Positions 1 through 9,368 of a stretch of DNA of 64,000 bases are shown here, piece after piece. The position numbers and the translations under genes were made by a program. This DNA comes from a virus (Duplodnaviria > Heunggongvirae > Uroviricota > Caudoviricetes). The number at the start of each line of letters is the position of its first letter. Within the stretch, counting starts at the first letter, position 1. The DNA lies in IMG/VR virus record IMGVR_UViG_2617270980_000003, one strand, 5' to 3'. The notes beneath the pieces were generated by a model. It did not search any database and had not been told where the DNA came from. It saw nothing but the letters and a program-made list of their open reading frames with translations.

Positions 1-164
1 GCTTTCTGCCAGCATAACCACCCCAAAAATCATGGCGGGTCCATTATCTTTCTTCTTTATTCCGGTTGAACGTATATCCAGACTTACCCCTCTGTGCGTG
101 CTGCCATCAGAGTTTTTGCAGATAACATCTTCCTTGTATTCGAAAATAATGCGTACGACTTTAC

Positions 165-446
165 TCATCCTCTGGTCCTCGTTCTGTTTGGATAACTGAC
201 CCGGCGTCTAACCTCACGGCAGAACCGAATCATGGCATTAAAGGCTTCTTCCTCCGTCACCGCTTCCGGTATCCCCGGAACCAGTAACTGCTCCTGTTCA
301 TCACGTCCATGACGCGCCATAACCTCAATCACATGCCGTACCGTGGCAGGCTTTCCGGCAACTATCGGCAATGCACCTTCCGGCAGGACGTAACCAAACT
401 CAATAAGACCACTCGACCACGCCCATGCAATGAGATTTTTTTTCAC
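165..446 (-). CDS. hypothetical protein, Mu-like early region
   Basis: 93-aa ORF downstream of the B-like gene on the same strand; no family recognised. Confidence 0.4.
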   Translation of the reverse strand: MKKNLIAWAWSSGLIEFGYVLPEGALPIVAGKPATVRHVIEVMARHGRDEQEQLLVPGIPEAVTEEEAFNAMIRFCREVRRRVSYPNRTRTRG

Positions 447-447
447 C

Positions 448-714
448 TCACACCTCCCAGTAAACCGTGCAGCCGCTGATGCGGGTGGCCTTCACACGGC
501 GGCGCAGGCCGTTGGTCTGTATGGTGATTTCAATTTCACCGGTTCCCTGCACGTTGCCTACCGGCGGCGTGGTTTTCAGTGCAAAACGTTGCGGATAGCG
601 CTTACTGCGTTCCAGTACCGCACCGGCAAGTTCGGTCAGACGGCGCGCGCTGTTCAGGGAGTCGAATAAATTCATTTTGTTACCGCAGGATTGCATATTC
701 ATATAACACCTCAT
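448..714 (-). CDS. hypothetical protein, Mu-like early region (start may be internal)
   Basis: 88-aa ORF tightly packed with neighbours on the same strand; no family recognised. Confidence 0.35.
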   Translation of the reverse strand: MRCYMNMQSCGNKMNLFDSLNSARRLTELAGAVLERSKRYPQRFALKTTPPVGNVQGTGEIEITIQTNGLRRRVKATRISGCTVYWEV

Positions 715-942
715 TTAGCTGACTTGTTTCGCACCAACAGAACGGCATATTCCGCTGTAAACTTCTGTCGCACCTTCGCGATCAAGTCCGGCAGATATCA
801 CCATTCGTGTGCGGTCATTAAATTCAAAAAGTAAATCGCCACATTCTTTATTTTCGGCCAGTGAAATCACCTTCACGTTATCGAAATTAACCAGGTAAAA
901 GCGTCCGTAAATATCAGGAATATTAAATACCGCCATAATCAC
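715..942 (-). CDS. hypothetical protein, Mu-like early region
   Basis: 75-aa ORF immediately downstream of B with 4-nt overlap, operon-like packing. Confidence 0.4.
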   Translation of the reverse strand: MIMAVFNIPDIYGRFYLVNFDNVKVISLAENKECGDLLFEFNDRTRMVISAGLDREGATEVYSGICRSVGAKQVS

Positions 943-1880
943 ACCTGTGAGAGTAATTCAGGGTTGGTATAAACCTCTTTAAAGGCCGCATTAATATGTT
1001 TTTCTGTCAGCGCCGCGCCTTCACCGCTGGCGGTGAGCCACGCCTGGTTAAGCGTATGTGTCAGAACGCGTAACGCTCCCGGCTTTTCAGCGATAGCCTG
1101 CATGACGGCCAGCTCGGCCTCACCACTGATCCCCCACGCCATGGCAATGGCCAGCACATCCGCCTTTTTGGCCTTGCGAAGTTGTTTTGTACGGGCAAGA
1201 CGGCTGAACAGGCGCGATAAATCACCAAAGGCGCGGCGTCCACCTTTAAACAATCCGCGCGGGTTACCAATAAGCACCATCCCGATCCCCGTGGCGTCCT
1301 GAATTGCCCGGAGTTGCTCCAGACCGTCAATACCAAGATGATCCGCCTCATCCACAATCACCAGTCCACGCGTTCCCATCAGGCGACGGCGGATGGCGCG
1401 GGATAATGCCCCTTTGTTCGCGCGGGTGTAATCAATCCCCAGCGCATCGGCCAGCTCCAGCAGACACTCCGTGACGCTGGAGTGCGCGGGTGACAGGGTG
1501 ATCATCCAGGTGTTTGGTTGCTCCTGGCAGTAATTACGGGCAGTGGCCGTTTTACCCACACCCGGTACGCCCACAATAACGTTAATACAGCCCATCAGGC
1601 GAACCGCCTGAAACAGTGCGCGCAGCTCCTGGACTGTCTGAGTTTCCACAAACTGCGGCGGTTCCGGCAGTGCGCTTTGTTTATTCCAGTTCTCATACCA
1701 GGAGCGCAGGGAAGCAGCCACAGCAGCGTTATCGCCTTTATATTTTCCCTTACGGAAAGCCGATAATGTGCCGTCGGAAATTCCCGCCTCTCTGGCGATG
1801 GCATACTGCGTCAGTACGCCGCCATCAATAAGTTCATCAATGGTCTTGATTACATCGTTAATATCGGTCATATTATTCAC
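939..1880 (-). CDS. Mu B-like transposition/target-DNA activator ATPase (AAA+)
   Basis: 313 aa; Walker A GVPGVGKT and Walker B VIVDEADHL; collinear similarity to phage Mu B as recalled (PEPPxFVETQTV, KPGALR motifs). Confidence 0.9.
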   Translation of the reverse strand: MNNMTDINDVIKTIDELIDGGVLTQYAIAREAGISDGTLSAFRKGKYKGDNAAVAASLRSWYENWNKQSALPEPPQFVETQTVQELRALFQAVRLMGCINVIVGVPGVGKTATARNYCQEQPNTWMITLSPAHSSVTECLLELADALGIDYTRANKGALSRAIRRRLMGTRGLVIVDEADHLGIDGLEQLRAIQDATGIGMVLIGNPRGLFKGGRRAFGDLSRLFSRLARTKQLRKAKKADVLAIAMAWGISGEAELAVMQAIAEKPGALRVLTHTLNQAWLTASGEGAALTEKHINAAFKEVYTNPELLSQV

Positions 1881-1953
1881 CTCGCTTGAGACAGCATTCT
1901 CCGAGACTGAAACCTCAAATAACCTGAGTCACCCCTCGGGTTATTTTTTTATT

Positions 1954-4041
1954 TCAGGCCAGCGGATCACTTTCTTTTAATTTCGCTTCGAGCAGTTGCA
2001 ATCCCCGCTGGAAATTACGCTCGTATTCTTCATCAGGTTCATCGTCAGCGACCGGTTGCTGAACGGTCACCGTATTACCCACAGGGCGGTATATGTTTTC
2101 CAGCCAGGGCTCCTGCGGCTTGTGCTCCAGCACGTTGACAACCTCATCCTCGGCATCACGGATTTTTTCCTCTGCGCGTTTACGCATGCCTTTAAGGCGC
2201 TGCTGCTGTTTGTAGTATTCCGCGCTGACAGGGAAGGCTTCGCGTTTATTGCCGTCCCATACCGCCTCGCAAATCACGCTGCCATCCGGGCGGCGCACGG
2301 TAATTCGTTCGGCATCATGAATGTCATAGCTGATAAGTACCTTACGGCCATGCTCGTCACGCAGCTCGGGCGCGTAGTAAATATTATTCAGCCAGCGTAT
2401 TTCACAGCGTCTTACAGGGCGCTCCACCATCGGCCGGAACATATCCCGCAGTTCAACATCGGACAGCCATTCAATTTCCGTGTCCTCTTCCGCCAGGCGT
2501 TTTTTTCTGAACTCCGCCGGGCTGTAATGTTTACCGTTCGGCTTCATGGGTAATTCATCGTGCGGCCGGTTGTTGTACCACTCAACACCGTCACGAATGG
2601 CATCAATCAGTTCAGACCAGGACGGTAAATCACGCATCGCTGACTGCTGCCGGGCGTTCAGCCGTTTGCCCTGTTGCAGGGCACTGAATGCCGAGCGTAA
2701 ATCGCGGTTGGTTTTACGTAACGTCTCGCGATCTGCTCCTTTCCCGAAATAGGTGCGGTATTTACGGGCTATGCGCATCGGTAATGTGCGGTTAAGCCGT
2801 TCGATAATGCCCCGTCCCTGCGGATTACCGGCAATCCCTGTCGGGTGATTAATCCCCAGTCGTGGCAGTATCCCCACAATCTCCTTATCCAGGACGTCGG
2901 CGGTTTCCCCGGAGCCATTATCCGAGTAATACAGAAACGGTTTGCCATGATGGCGAATACCGTGCTGTATGGCACCGGCTACGGCGAAAACATTTTCAGC
3001 CAGGTCAAGGCTCCAGCCCACCACAAAGCGCGTGCCACCGTCGATAACAAAGGTCACTTCCGGTGCGAATGGCCGCCCGTGAACCGGGTGCGCGCATTTC
3101 AGCTTCATGCCGTGACCGTCACCAATCCAGACATAATTCACCGGCATTTTTGACCAGTCGCGGCGCGTGAATCCCTCAAGCTGGCGGTATTCACTGCCGG
3201 TAACCCGTCCTTTTTGTTTCACCACTTCCGGCAGTTTCTTCATTGCGCGGCGAATGGTGTCATAAGACGGCATGATATCGAGCATATAAGGCTCATCAGC
3301 GTGCCGGTGCTGCCATTCGGCAACAAAATCCTCGTAAGCCTCGGTCATTGGTCGGCCGTTTGACTGGCGATACTGCGCCAGAAATTCGGGCAACCAGTTA
3401 ATATCTTCGGCTTTTATTTCCTGGCGTTTACCTGGTGCCAGCAAAAGCAGGCGTTCAGCAGCGTTCTGTGCCTTATTAAAGGCCGCAATCCAGCGTTTCA
3501 GCGTGATTTCACTCAACACGCGACTGTTTCCCTTTCTGGCGTTCGCTATCTCAACCATTGCCACAATGCGCTCATCCAGTTGCGAGTGTGACAGGCGGTC
3601 AACGATGAACCGGATAGCTTTAGCGCAGCTGAAACCGGGTTGTTGCGTGAATTTCAGCACCTCACTGACGATCGCAATGCGTGCGTCTGCCACCTGGCGC
3701 TGGTTTTCAGTCAGGGCATTGAGGCGTTCGACCATCAGTTGTGGTGATCCGCGATATGCCTCCACCGCATCAACCACGGCAGACGAGCGTCTGGCCTTTG
3801 TCACCACCGGAGCCGGTGATTCATCGGCTTTTTGCGTCATCAGTTGCAGGGCATAACGTTCGCGTAATGCCTGCTGTGTCACTTCAGGTAAACAGTCAAT
3901 GCTGTATTCAAAACCTTTAGCGCCTTTCTTGCGGCGTCTGCTGGTTTCGCTGGTTGCATACTTCCTGATTGAATAGCGAACGCCTTGCTCCGTTCCCGGC
4001 ATCCCCGGTAATCCAACCAGTTCTTTGACTGAAGCAAACAT
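1954..4041 (-). CDS. Mu A-like DDE transposase
   Basis: 695 aa, directly upstream of the B-like gene and downstream of ner; Mu-transposase-like core region; position as in Mu. Confidence 0.88.
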   Translation of the reverse strand: MFASVKELVGLPGMPGTEQGVRYSIRKYATSETSRRRKKGAKGFEYSIDCLPEVTQQALRERYALQLMTQKADESPAPVVTKARRSSAVVDAVEAYRGSPQLMVERLNALTENQRQVADARIAIVSEVLKFTQQPGFSCAKAIRFIVDRLSHSQLDERIVAMVEIANARKGNSRVLSEITLKRWIAAFNKAQNAAERLLLLAPGKRQEIKAEDINWLPEFLAQYRQSNGRPMTEAYEDFVAEWQHRHADEPYMLDIMPSYDTIRRAMKKLPEVVKQKGRVTGSEYRQLEGFTRRDWSKMPVNYVWIGDGHGMKLKCAHPVHGRPFAPEVTFVIDGGTRFVVGWSLDLAENVFAVAGAIQHGIRHHGKPFLYYSDNGSGETADVLDKEIVGILPRLGINHPTGIAGNPQGRGIIERLNRTLPMRIARKYRTYFGKGADRETLRKTNRDLRSAFSALQQGKRLNARQQSAMRDLPSWSELIDAIRDGVEWYNNRPHDELPMKPNGKHYSPAEFRKKRLAEEDTEIEWLSDVELRDMFRPMVERPVRRCEIRWLNNIYYAPELRDEHGRKVLISYDIHDAERITVRRPDGSVICEAVWDGNKREAFPVSAEYYKQQQRLKGMRKRAEEKIRDAEDEVVNVLEHKPQEPWLENIYRPVGNTVTVQQPVADDEPDEEYERNFQRGLQLLEAKLKESDPLA

Positions 4042-4043
4042 AA

Positions 4044-4274
4044 TTACGCGACCTTACGAATGTAGCGGCTGGGCCAAATCTCCTCGGGCGGCACCCCCAG
4101 GCATTCCGCGATAATCCCCTCATACTTGGGAACATGGCGGTATACCGCGTTGTACAGATTGTTCTGACCCACGCCAGCTTTACGGGCCAGCGCCCTCATG
4201 CTTCCTTCTCTGGCTCTGACTTCCCCCAAAATTCTTTGAGGATGCCAATCAGGCTTAACTTCATTTCTCGCCAT
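4044..4274 (-). CDS. ner: Ner-like DNA-binding regulator (Ner/Nlp family)
   Basis: 76 aa; DWHPxxI...EEIWPSRY pattern matches Mu Ner / E. coli Nlp as recalled; divergent from repressor gene. Confidence 0.85.
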   Translation of the reverse strand: MARNEVKPDWHPQRILGEVRAREGSMRALARKAGVGQNNLYNAVYRHVPKYEGIIAECLGVPPEEIWPSRYIRKVA

Positions 4275-4458
4275 GATTCATCTATCCTAAAAAGTTACGA
4301 AATTTGATAACTAAACTTAGTTATCAAGTTTGATATAAGTATTGATCCACCTCTGCTTCATGTAAAGCAAAAAAACATCTTTCTTTTGTCTATTGTGGAT
4401 CAATGGTTGCTGACAACACTAAAAGTTAATAATTTCAAATTGATAGGAAGAAAAGAAA
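4275..4458. promoter_or_regulatory. divergent early promoter/operator region between ner and repressor; near-perfect 24-bp palindrome TTGATAACTAAACTTAGTTATCAA at 4304-4327 plus further TTGATA half-sites
   Basis: Palindrome and TTGATA repeats read directly; location between divergently transcribed regulator genes. Confidence 0.5.
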
Positions 4459-5004
4459 ATGAACAAGCAAACAACAACATCTCTTTCTTTTCCTGGTGGT
4501 AGAAAAGAAAGCATTGCTGAGCGTCTGAAAAGGCTGATTGGCTCCCGCAGCGTCAGAGCTGCAGCAAGAGATTGGGGGCTTTCATTTTCAACACTAAACA
4601 ATTATCTGTCTCGTGGCACTGAGCCATCCTTAAGTGTCGCCCTTCAGATTGCGTCTATCGAAGGAGTAAGTGTTGAGTGGCTATGTGGATTCAGTGATGC
4701 ATCACAAGTGAATCGGTGTGAGATCAAGGAAAATCAAGATGAAAGCAAGAAGATAATTATGACGATTATCAGCGCACTTGATGAAAAAGACTTAGAGCAG
4801 CTATCGAAAAATTTGGTTCTGAATGGAGCCAAGTACTTAGCTCGGTTGTTAGAGCCTGAAAATCAAGATCTAATCCGCTTAGAAGGAAGGAAAAGAATAG
4901 CTGCATTACAGCTTGAAGGTATGTCTGACGAACGCGTCAGAGAGATTTTGGAAGAAACTGAGAGAAGTCGCAAATCTAACGCGGTAGAACCAAAAGCGGG
5001 TTAA
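4459..5004 (+). CDS. prophage repressor (HTH; not similar to Mu c itself)
   Basis: 181 aa at the Mu c position, transcribed toward the prophage end; N-terminal HTH-like segment (WGLSFSTLNNYLSRG). Confidence 0.65.
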   Translation: MNKQTTTSLSFPGGRKESIAERLKRLIGSRSVRAAARDWGLSFSTLNNYLSRGTEPSLSVALQIASIEGVSVEWLCGFSDASQVNRCEIKENQDESKKIIMTIISALDEKDLEQLSKNLVLNGAKYLARLLEPENQDLIRLEGRKRIAALQLEGMSDERVREILEETERSRKSNAVEPKAG

Positions 5005-5069
5005 TAGCATTAGCCCGCATTTTGCACTATATCGAGTATTTCGCATTGTTTGGAACGCCTTAAAAGACT

Positions 5070-5249
5070 AAAACCACAGTATCAAATGAGTTGCCGATTT
5101 TATAATAAATGACTAATTATTGCACAATCGGTATCAAATAGACCTTATCCGCACATCTAGCCATCACCTGTTTTATTTCAGTATCTTACAGGTGATTTCA
5201 CCTCCTTTCACTAAAACCCTTGTCGGTATCAAATGATTCACCTGGTTAT
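5070..5249. repeat. Mu-like prophage left terminal region with three copies of a GTATCAAAT(G/A) motif (candidate transposase-binding sites)
   Basis: Motif copies near 5077-5087, 5131-5141 and 5227-5237, between the repressor stop and the J junction. Confidence 0.45.
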
Positions 5250-6977
5250 AATACTCACGCAGCGGAACAGGCGCTGGCGCAGCGTCGGCAGCTTCAGCCC
5301 CCACACGCTGTATCCGGCAACGCCGTCAGGAACACGGCTAACTTTCACCTTCACGCCGTCGGTGACGGACTGAACCTCCACGCTGACCGGATTGCCACTT
5401 CCGTCAACCAGGCTTATCAGCCTGGTGCCGGAGGATGGCAGCGTGATTTCACGGTCGAGCGTCAGCGTCCGGGTCTGGCTGTTTACCGCCAGCACGCGCC
5501 CGCCGATGCTGATACCGGCATAGTCATCATCACAGATTTCAATGACATCACCCGGCACATGGCGAAGCCCTTCTGCGCCCACGCTGAAGTCCACGGTCTG
5601 CGTTTCCAGCAGTTCTGTTTTAATCAGCCACAGCCCGGCGCGGTGTGCCTGCCCCCGGCTGGTACAGCCAAAAGCATCCATCTTCGTGACGTTACGACCG
5701 TAACGGGCAATGGCCTGCGTATCCTCCACAAGCTCTGTTGCCGTCTCCCAGCCGTTGTTCGGGTCAATCCAGTTCACCTCAACGGCATTATGGCGGTCTT
5801 TCAGGGCGCTAAAGCTGTAGCGGAACGGCGCGCCATCATCCGGCATCACCACATTACTGCGGTTATAGGTCCACACCTTATCCGACGGTCGGTCCTGCAC
5901 GAACGTCAGCGTCTGCCCGTTCCATACCGGCATACAGCGCATCGCCGAGCAGAAATCACTGAGCACATCCCACGCCTTGCGCTGTGTGGTCAGGTACGCA
6001 TTACAGGTGATGCGCGGCTCCGTACCGCCAAAACCGTCCGGCACTGACTGGTCGCAGTACTGGCCGATGACATACAGCGCCCATTTATCCACATCCGCCA
6101 CACCAAGACGTTTCCCCATGCCGTAGCGTGGATGGGTCAGCATATCCCACAGACACCAGGCCATGTTATTGCTGTATGCTGGCTTAAACGTTCCGTCCCA
6201 GATACCGCTGTATTGCCGCGTCTGCGGGTTATAGTTCGACGGCACCTGCAGAATACGCCCGCGCAGATGATAATTACGGCTCACCTGCTGGCTGCCGAAC
6301 TGCTCCGAATCCACCTGCACGCCGACCAGTGCCGTGTTCGGGTAGCACTGTTTCACATCGATGATTTCGGTGTATGACGACCAGAGCGTTTTGTTCTGCA
6401 GCTGGTCTGTGGTGCTGTCCGGTGTCATCCTGCGCATCCGGATATTGAACGGGCGCGGCGGCAGGTTATCCACCACCACCGAGGCCAGATACTGCGACGT
6501 GGTTTTGCCCTTAATGGTGATGTCTTTTTCTGTCACCCAGCCACCGTTACGTTGTATCTGAACCAGCAGGCGGACTTCCGACGGATTCCGGTCACCCTTT
6601 GAGGTGGTTTCCACCAGTGCCTGCACACCGAAGGTAAAGCGCAGACGGTCGATGTTTGCAGACGTGATGGTCCGGGTGATCGGCGTGTCGTATTTCACTT
6701 CCGTACCCAGCACCGTCTCGGAACCGGAGGATTCAAATCCCTCCGGCGGTGTCTGCTCCTGCTCACCTGCCCGGAACACCACCGTGACACCGGAGATGTT
6801 GGTATTCCCCTCACTGTCCAGCACCGGTGTACTGTTCAGCAGCACGCTTTTTAATCCATCCACCGGACCTTCAACCGGCCCTTCGCTGATGGCATCGATC
6901 ACACTCAGTAACTGCGTGGATTTCAGGTTATCCTTCGCTTCGCGCGGGGTATGCCCCTTACTGCTGCCTTTACCCAT
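5250..6977 (-). pseudogene. J: lambda J-like tail tip/host specificity protein, 3'-truncated by the Mu-like insertion
   Basis: N-terminal ~576 aa near-identical to lambda J as recalled (MGKGSSKGHTPREAKDNLKSTQLL... LFRCVSI); similarity ends and a stop follows within 3 codons at the Mu-like end. Confidence 0.9.
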
Positions 6978-7036
6978 TCGTCATGCTCCATAAACGACAA
7001 AACCGCCCGGAGGCGGTTTCACATAAACGTTTTTCA

Positions 7037-7684
7037 TCAGCGACCAATCACCACAACCTGACCACCATCCCCTTCGTCTGCCGTGCTGATCTCCTGAGAG
7101 ACCACCCGCGACCCCACGCGCATTTCACCGTACAGAACGGGCAGAACATTGCCCTGGGCAACCATGTTATCCAGTGAGGAGAAATAGGTGTTCTGTTTGC
7201 CGTTATCTGTACTTGCTGCCGTGGGCGTCCTGGCTTTCGGTGCCAGCATCTGCGCCACTCCGCCCAGGATCATACTGGCCCCTGCCGCATACATGCCCGA
7301 TACAGCCGCGGCACCCAGCCAGCCCACAGGGTTCCACCATGCCACCGCAATCAGCGCCGCCCCCAGCACCACCTGAAACACACCGCCACTTTTAGCTCCC
7401 GCCAGACGCGGCACGATGTGGATCACGGCACCATTTGCCAGCGGCTCATTAAGACGGGCAGACAATTCGGTTTCACCTGCATCACGCCCGGCAATGCGTA
7501 CCTGGTACCAGCCGTCGCTCAGTTTCTGACGAAACGCCGGGATCTGCATGGCCAGCGCCCGGATGGCTTCGGACCCCGTTTTCACTCGAAGGTCGATGCG
7601 GCGGCCAAATCGTTGTAAATCCCCGTAAAGGCAGATGCGTGCCATGCCCGGTGACGCCAGAGGGAGTGTGTGCGTCGCTGCCAT
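7037..7684 (-). CDS. I: lambda I-like tail tip assembly protein
   Basis: 215 aa, MAATHTLPLASPGMARICLYGDLQRFGRR... matches lambda gpI as recalled. Confidence 0.9.
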   Translation of the reverse strand: MAATHTLPLASPGMARICLYGDLQRFGRRIDLRVKTGSEAIRALAMQIPAFRQKLSDGWYQVRIAGRDAGETELSARLNEPLANGAVIHIVPRLAGAKSGGVFQVVLGAALIAVAWWNPVGWLGAAAVSGMYAAGASMILGGVAQMLAPKARTPTAASTDNGKQNTYFSSLDNMVAQGNVLPVLYGEMRVGSRVVSQEISTADEGDGGQVVVIGR

Positions 7685-8334
7685 TTGTCGGTGTACCTCT
7701 CTCGTTTGCTCAGTTGTTCAGGAATATGGTGCAGCAGCTCGCCGTCACCACAGTAAATGGCGGCATGATTCGGCACCGATGAACCAAAACAGCACAGCAG
7801 CACATCGCCCGGCTGCGCCGCTGACAACGGCACCTGATACAGCCCTGTGGCCTCCAGATTATCCAGATAGAGATTCTGACCGTTACGCCACCAGTCATCC
7901 TCGCGATGAAAATCCGGCATCTCAATCCCCGCCAGATGGTAAGCATCCCGGAACAGCGTGTAACAGTCCGTCACCCCGTGCTCAAAGCGCCGCCCGGAAA
8001 GATGTGGCACACAGCGGAACTTGTGAATCGCCCCCCGGCAAACCAGCCACCACGGCAAATCACTCTGCACCTGCAGCCGCCGGTCGGTCTCACTCAGCCA
8101 GGGCAGACCACCGGGGTGGCTGTGGACCAGCGCCACAATCTCACCCTGCATCTCTGCCCGCAGCCAGTCCTCCGGCGACATCCGGAAATACTCCTCCGGC
8201 TCACCGGAGATATTCACGCAGGGAAAATATCTTTCCCCCTCCGGTGTTCTCACCACGAAGCCGCACGACTCCGCTGGCGCACATCGCCGGGCGTGCGCCA
8301 GAATCGCTGATTCTGTCTCTGTCATGGGATTCAC
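7582..8334 (-). CDS. K: lambda K-like tail tip assembly protein (start may be internal)
   Basis: Matches lambda gpK as recalled (HSHPGG JAMM-like motif, C-terminal cysteine peptidase-like region); overlaps I as in lambda. Confidence 0.85.
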   Translation of the reverse strand: MNPMTETESAILAHARRCAPAESCGFVVRTPEGERYFPCVNISGEPEEYFRMSPEDWLRAEMQGEIVALVHSHPGGLPWLSETDRRLQVQSDLPWWLVCRGAIHKFRCVPHLSGRRFEHGVTDCYTLFRDAYHLAGIEMPDFHREDDWWRNGQNLYLDNLEATGLYQVPLSAAQPGDVLLCCFGSSVPNHAAIYCGDGELLHHIPEQLSKRERYTDKWQRRTHSLWRHRAWHASAFTGIYNDLAAASTFE

Positions 8335-9029
8335 TGCGAAAGTTTGTTAATGGAAAGGAAGCCGCCAAAGTTGCCGACGTTATTGCGAAACTTACAGCCG
8401 CTCAGGCATTTGCTGCATTTATCCTTCGTGATATCGGAGGTCGGCTGGTCATATTCATCCGCGACCGCCGGACCGTGATAACCGCACTCATCACCGCGAT
8501 AGGTCCAGGTGCAGGTATTAGCCAGCATGATGCGCCCCGGAAAAACAGCGCCGTCCGTTTCCGTCGGCGTGGACAGTACAAAAGAGGCACTCACCGCGCT
8601 CAGTTCGCTGCACTGCTCGATGCGCCAGCGGCTGATCACCTCCTGCTCCGGATCGGCGTCACTGTTTCCGTTGACGAAGTTCACCGCATCCAGAAAACGG
8701 GCGTAAACCTTACGCCGGACCACCGTTCCTCCGACCAGACTCTGCAGGTCTTCCGCCATCCCGGTGACCATGCCGTGCAGGTTAGAAACCGTCAGTGTCG
8801 GACGGGCAGCACTGCCTTTGCCGTTCAGTTCAAATCCCGTCCCCTGAATGGGATACGCCTGATACTGTCGCCTCTGCCAGGTGACCGGCTCACCTTTATC
8901 GTTCTGCTCATTACAGAAAAAATAACGTTCTCCACCGACCACTGTCAGATCGATTTCCCAGAGCACCACCTGGGCTGACTGAGTGAGGAGTGTCGTCTCA
9001 TGATGTGTTTCCTGTGGAATATCCTGCAT
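8331..9029 (-). CDS. L: lambda L-like minor tail protein
   Basis: 232 aa, same length and position as lambda gpL; C-terminal Cys cluster. Confidence 0.9.
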   Translation of the reverse strand: MQDIPQETHHETTLLTQSAQVVLWEIDLTVVGGERYFFCNEQNDKGEPVTWQRRQYQAYPIQGTGFELNGKGSAARPTLTVSNLHGMVTGMAEDLQSLVGGTVVRRKVYARFLDAVNFVNGNSDADPEQEVISRWRIEQCSELSAVSASFVLSTPTETDGAVFPGRIMLANTCTWTYRGDECGYHGPAVADEYDQPTSDITKDKCSKCLSGCKFRNNVGNFGGFLSINKLSQ

Positions 9030-9038
9030 CAGAGACTC

Positions 9039-9368
9039 CTATGCCACGACCTGTTCAAAATCTGCCGTTATGGTTACCCACAACGCCCCCACGCTTGCCG
9101 ACCATTTACGACAAACCACCCTGATCGGCTTCCAGTCATAAGGTGGCGTCCACTGAAATGCGCGGACGCCACCGTGCCGTTCCAGAAAGGCTTTTAAAGA
9201 TGGGTGTTCACATTTACGAACACGTATCGTCACGCTGTAAATCGACAACTGGTTATTCAGTCCCGCCGCACGACGCTGTTCATAACCATCGCCCAGCTTC
9301 ACTGTCACCACTTTCGGCTCTGATACCACATTCATATCCGGGCGCACTTTCCAGTGAAACGTCTCCAT
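9039..9368 (-). CDS. M: lambda M-like minor tail protein
   Basis: 109 aa between H and L, lambda gpM-like. Confidence 0.88.
   Translation of the reverse strand: METFHWKVRPDMNVVSEPKVVTVKLGDGYEQRRAAGLNNQLSIYSVTIRVRKCEHPSLKAFLERHGGVRAFQWTPPYDWKPIRVVCRKWSASVGALWVTITADFEQVVA

Larger units (their letters stand above)
1..5249. mobile_element. Mu-like transposable prophage, left-end portion (repressor, ner, A, B, small early genes); continues beyond window start
   Basis: Gene order and orientation match the Mu left end; MuB-like ATPase and MuA-like DDE transposase present; flanking lambdoid J homology ends at about 5250. Confidence 0.75.

Noticed and set aside
7635-8978. 447-aa plus-strand ORF, plus other long antisense ORFs such as 5220-6047, 1996-2553, 5238-overlapping frames and 49910-50566
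   Set aside because: They lie entirely antisense to or overlapping well-supported phage structural or replication genes (K/L, J, A, gpA) and have Pro/Arg/Ser-rich low-complexity translations typical of shadow ORFs in GC-rich coding DNA
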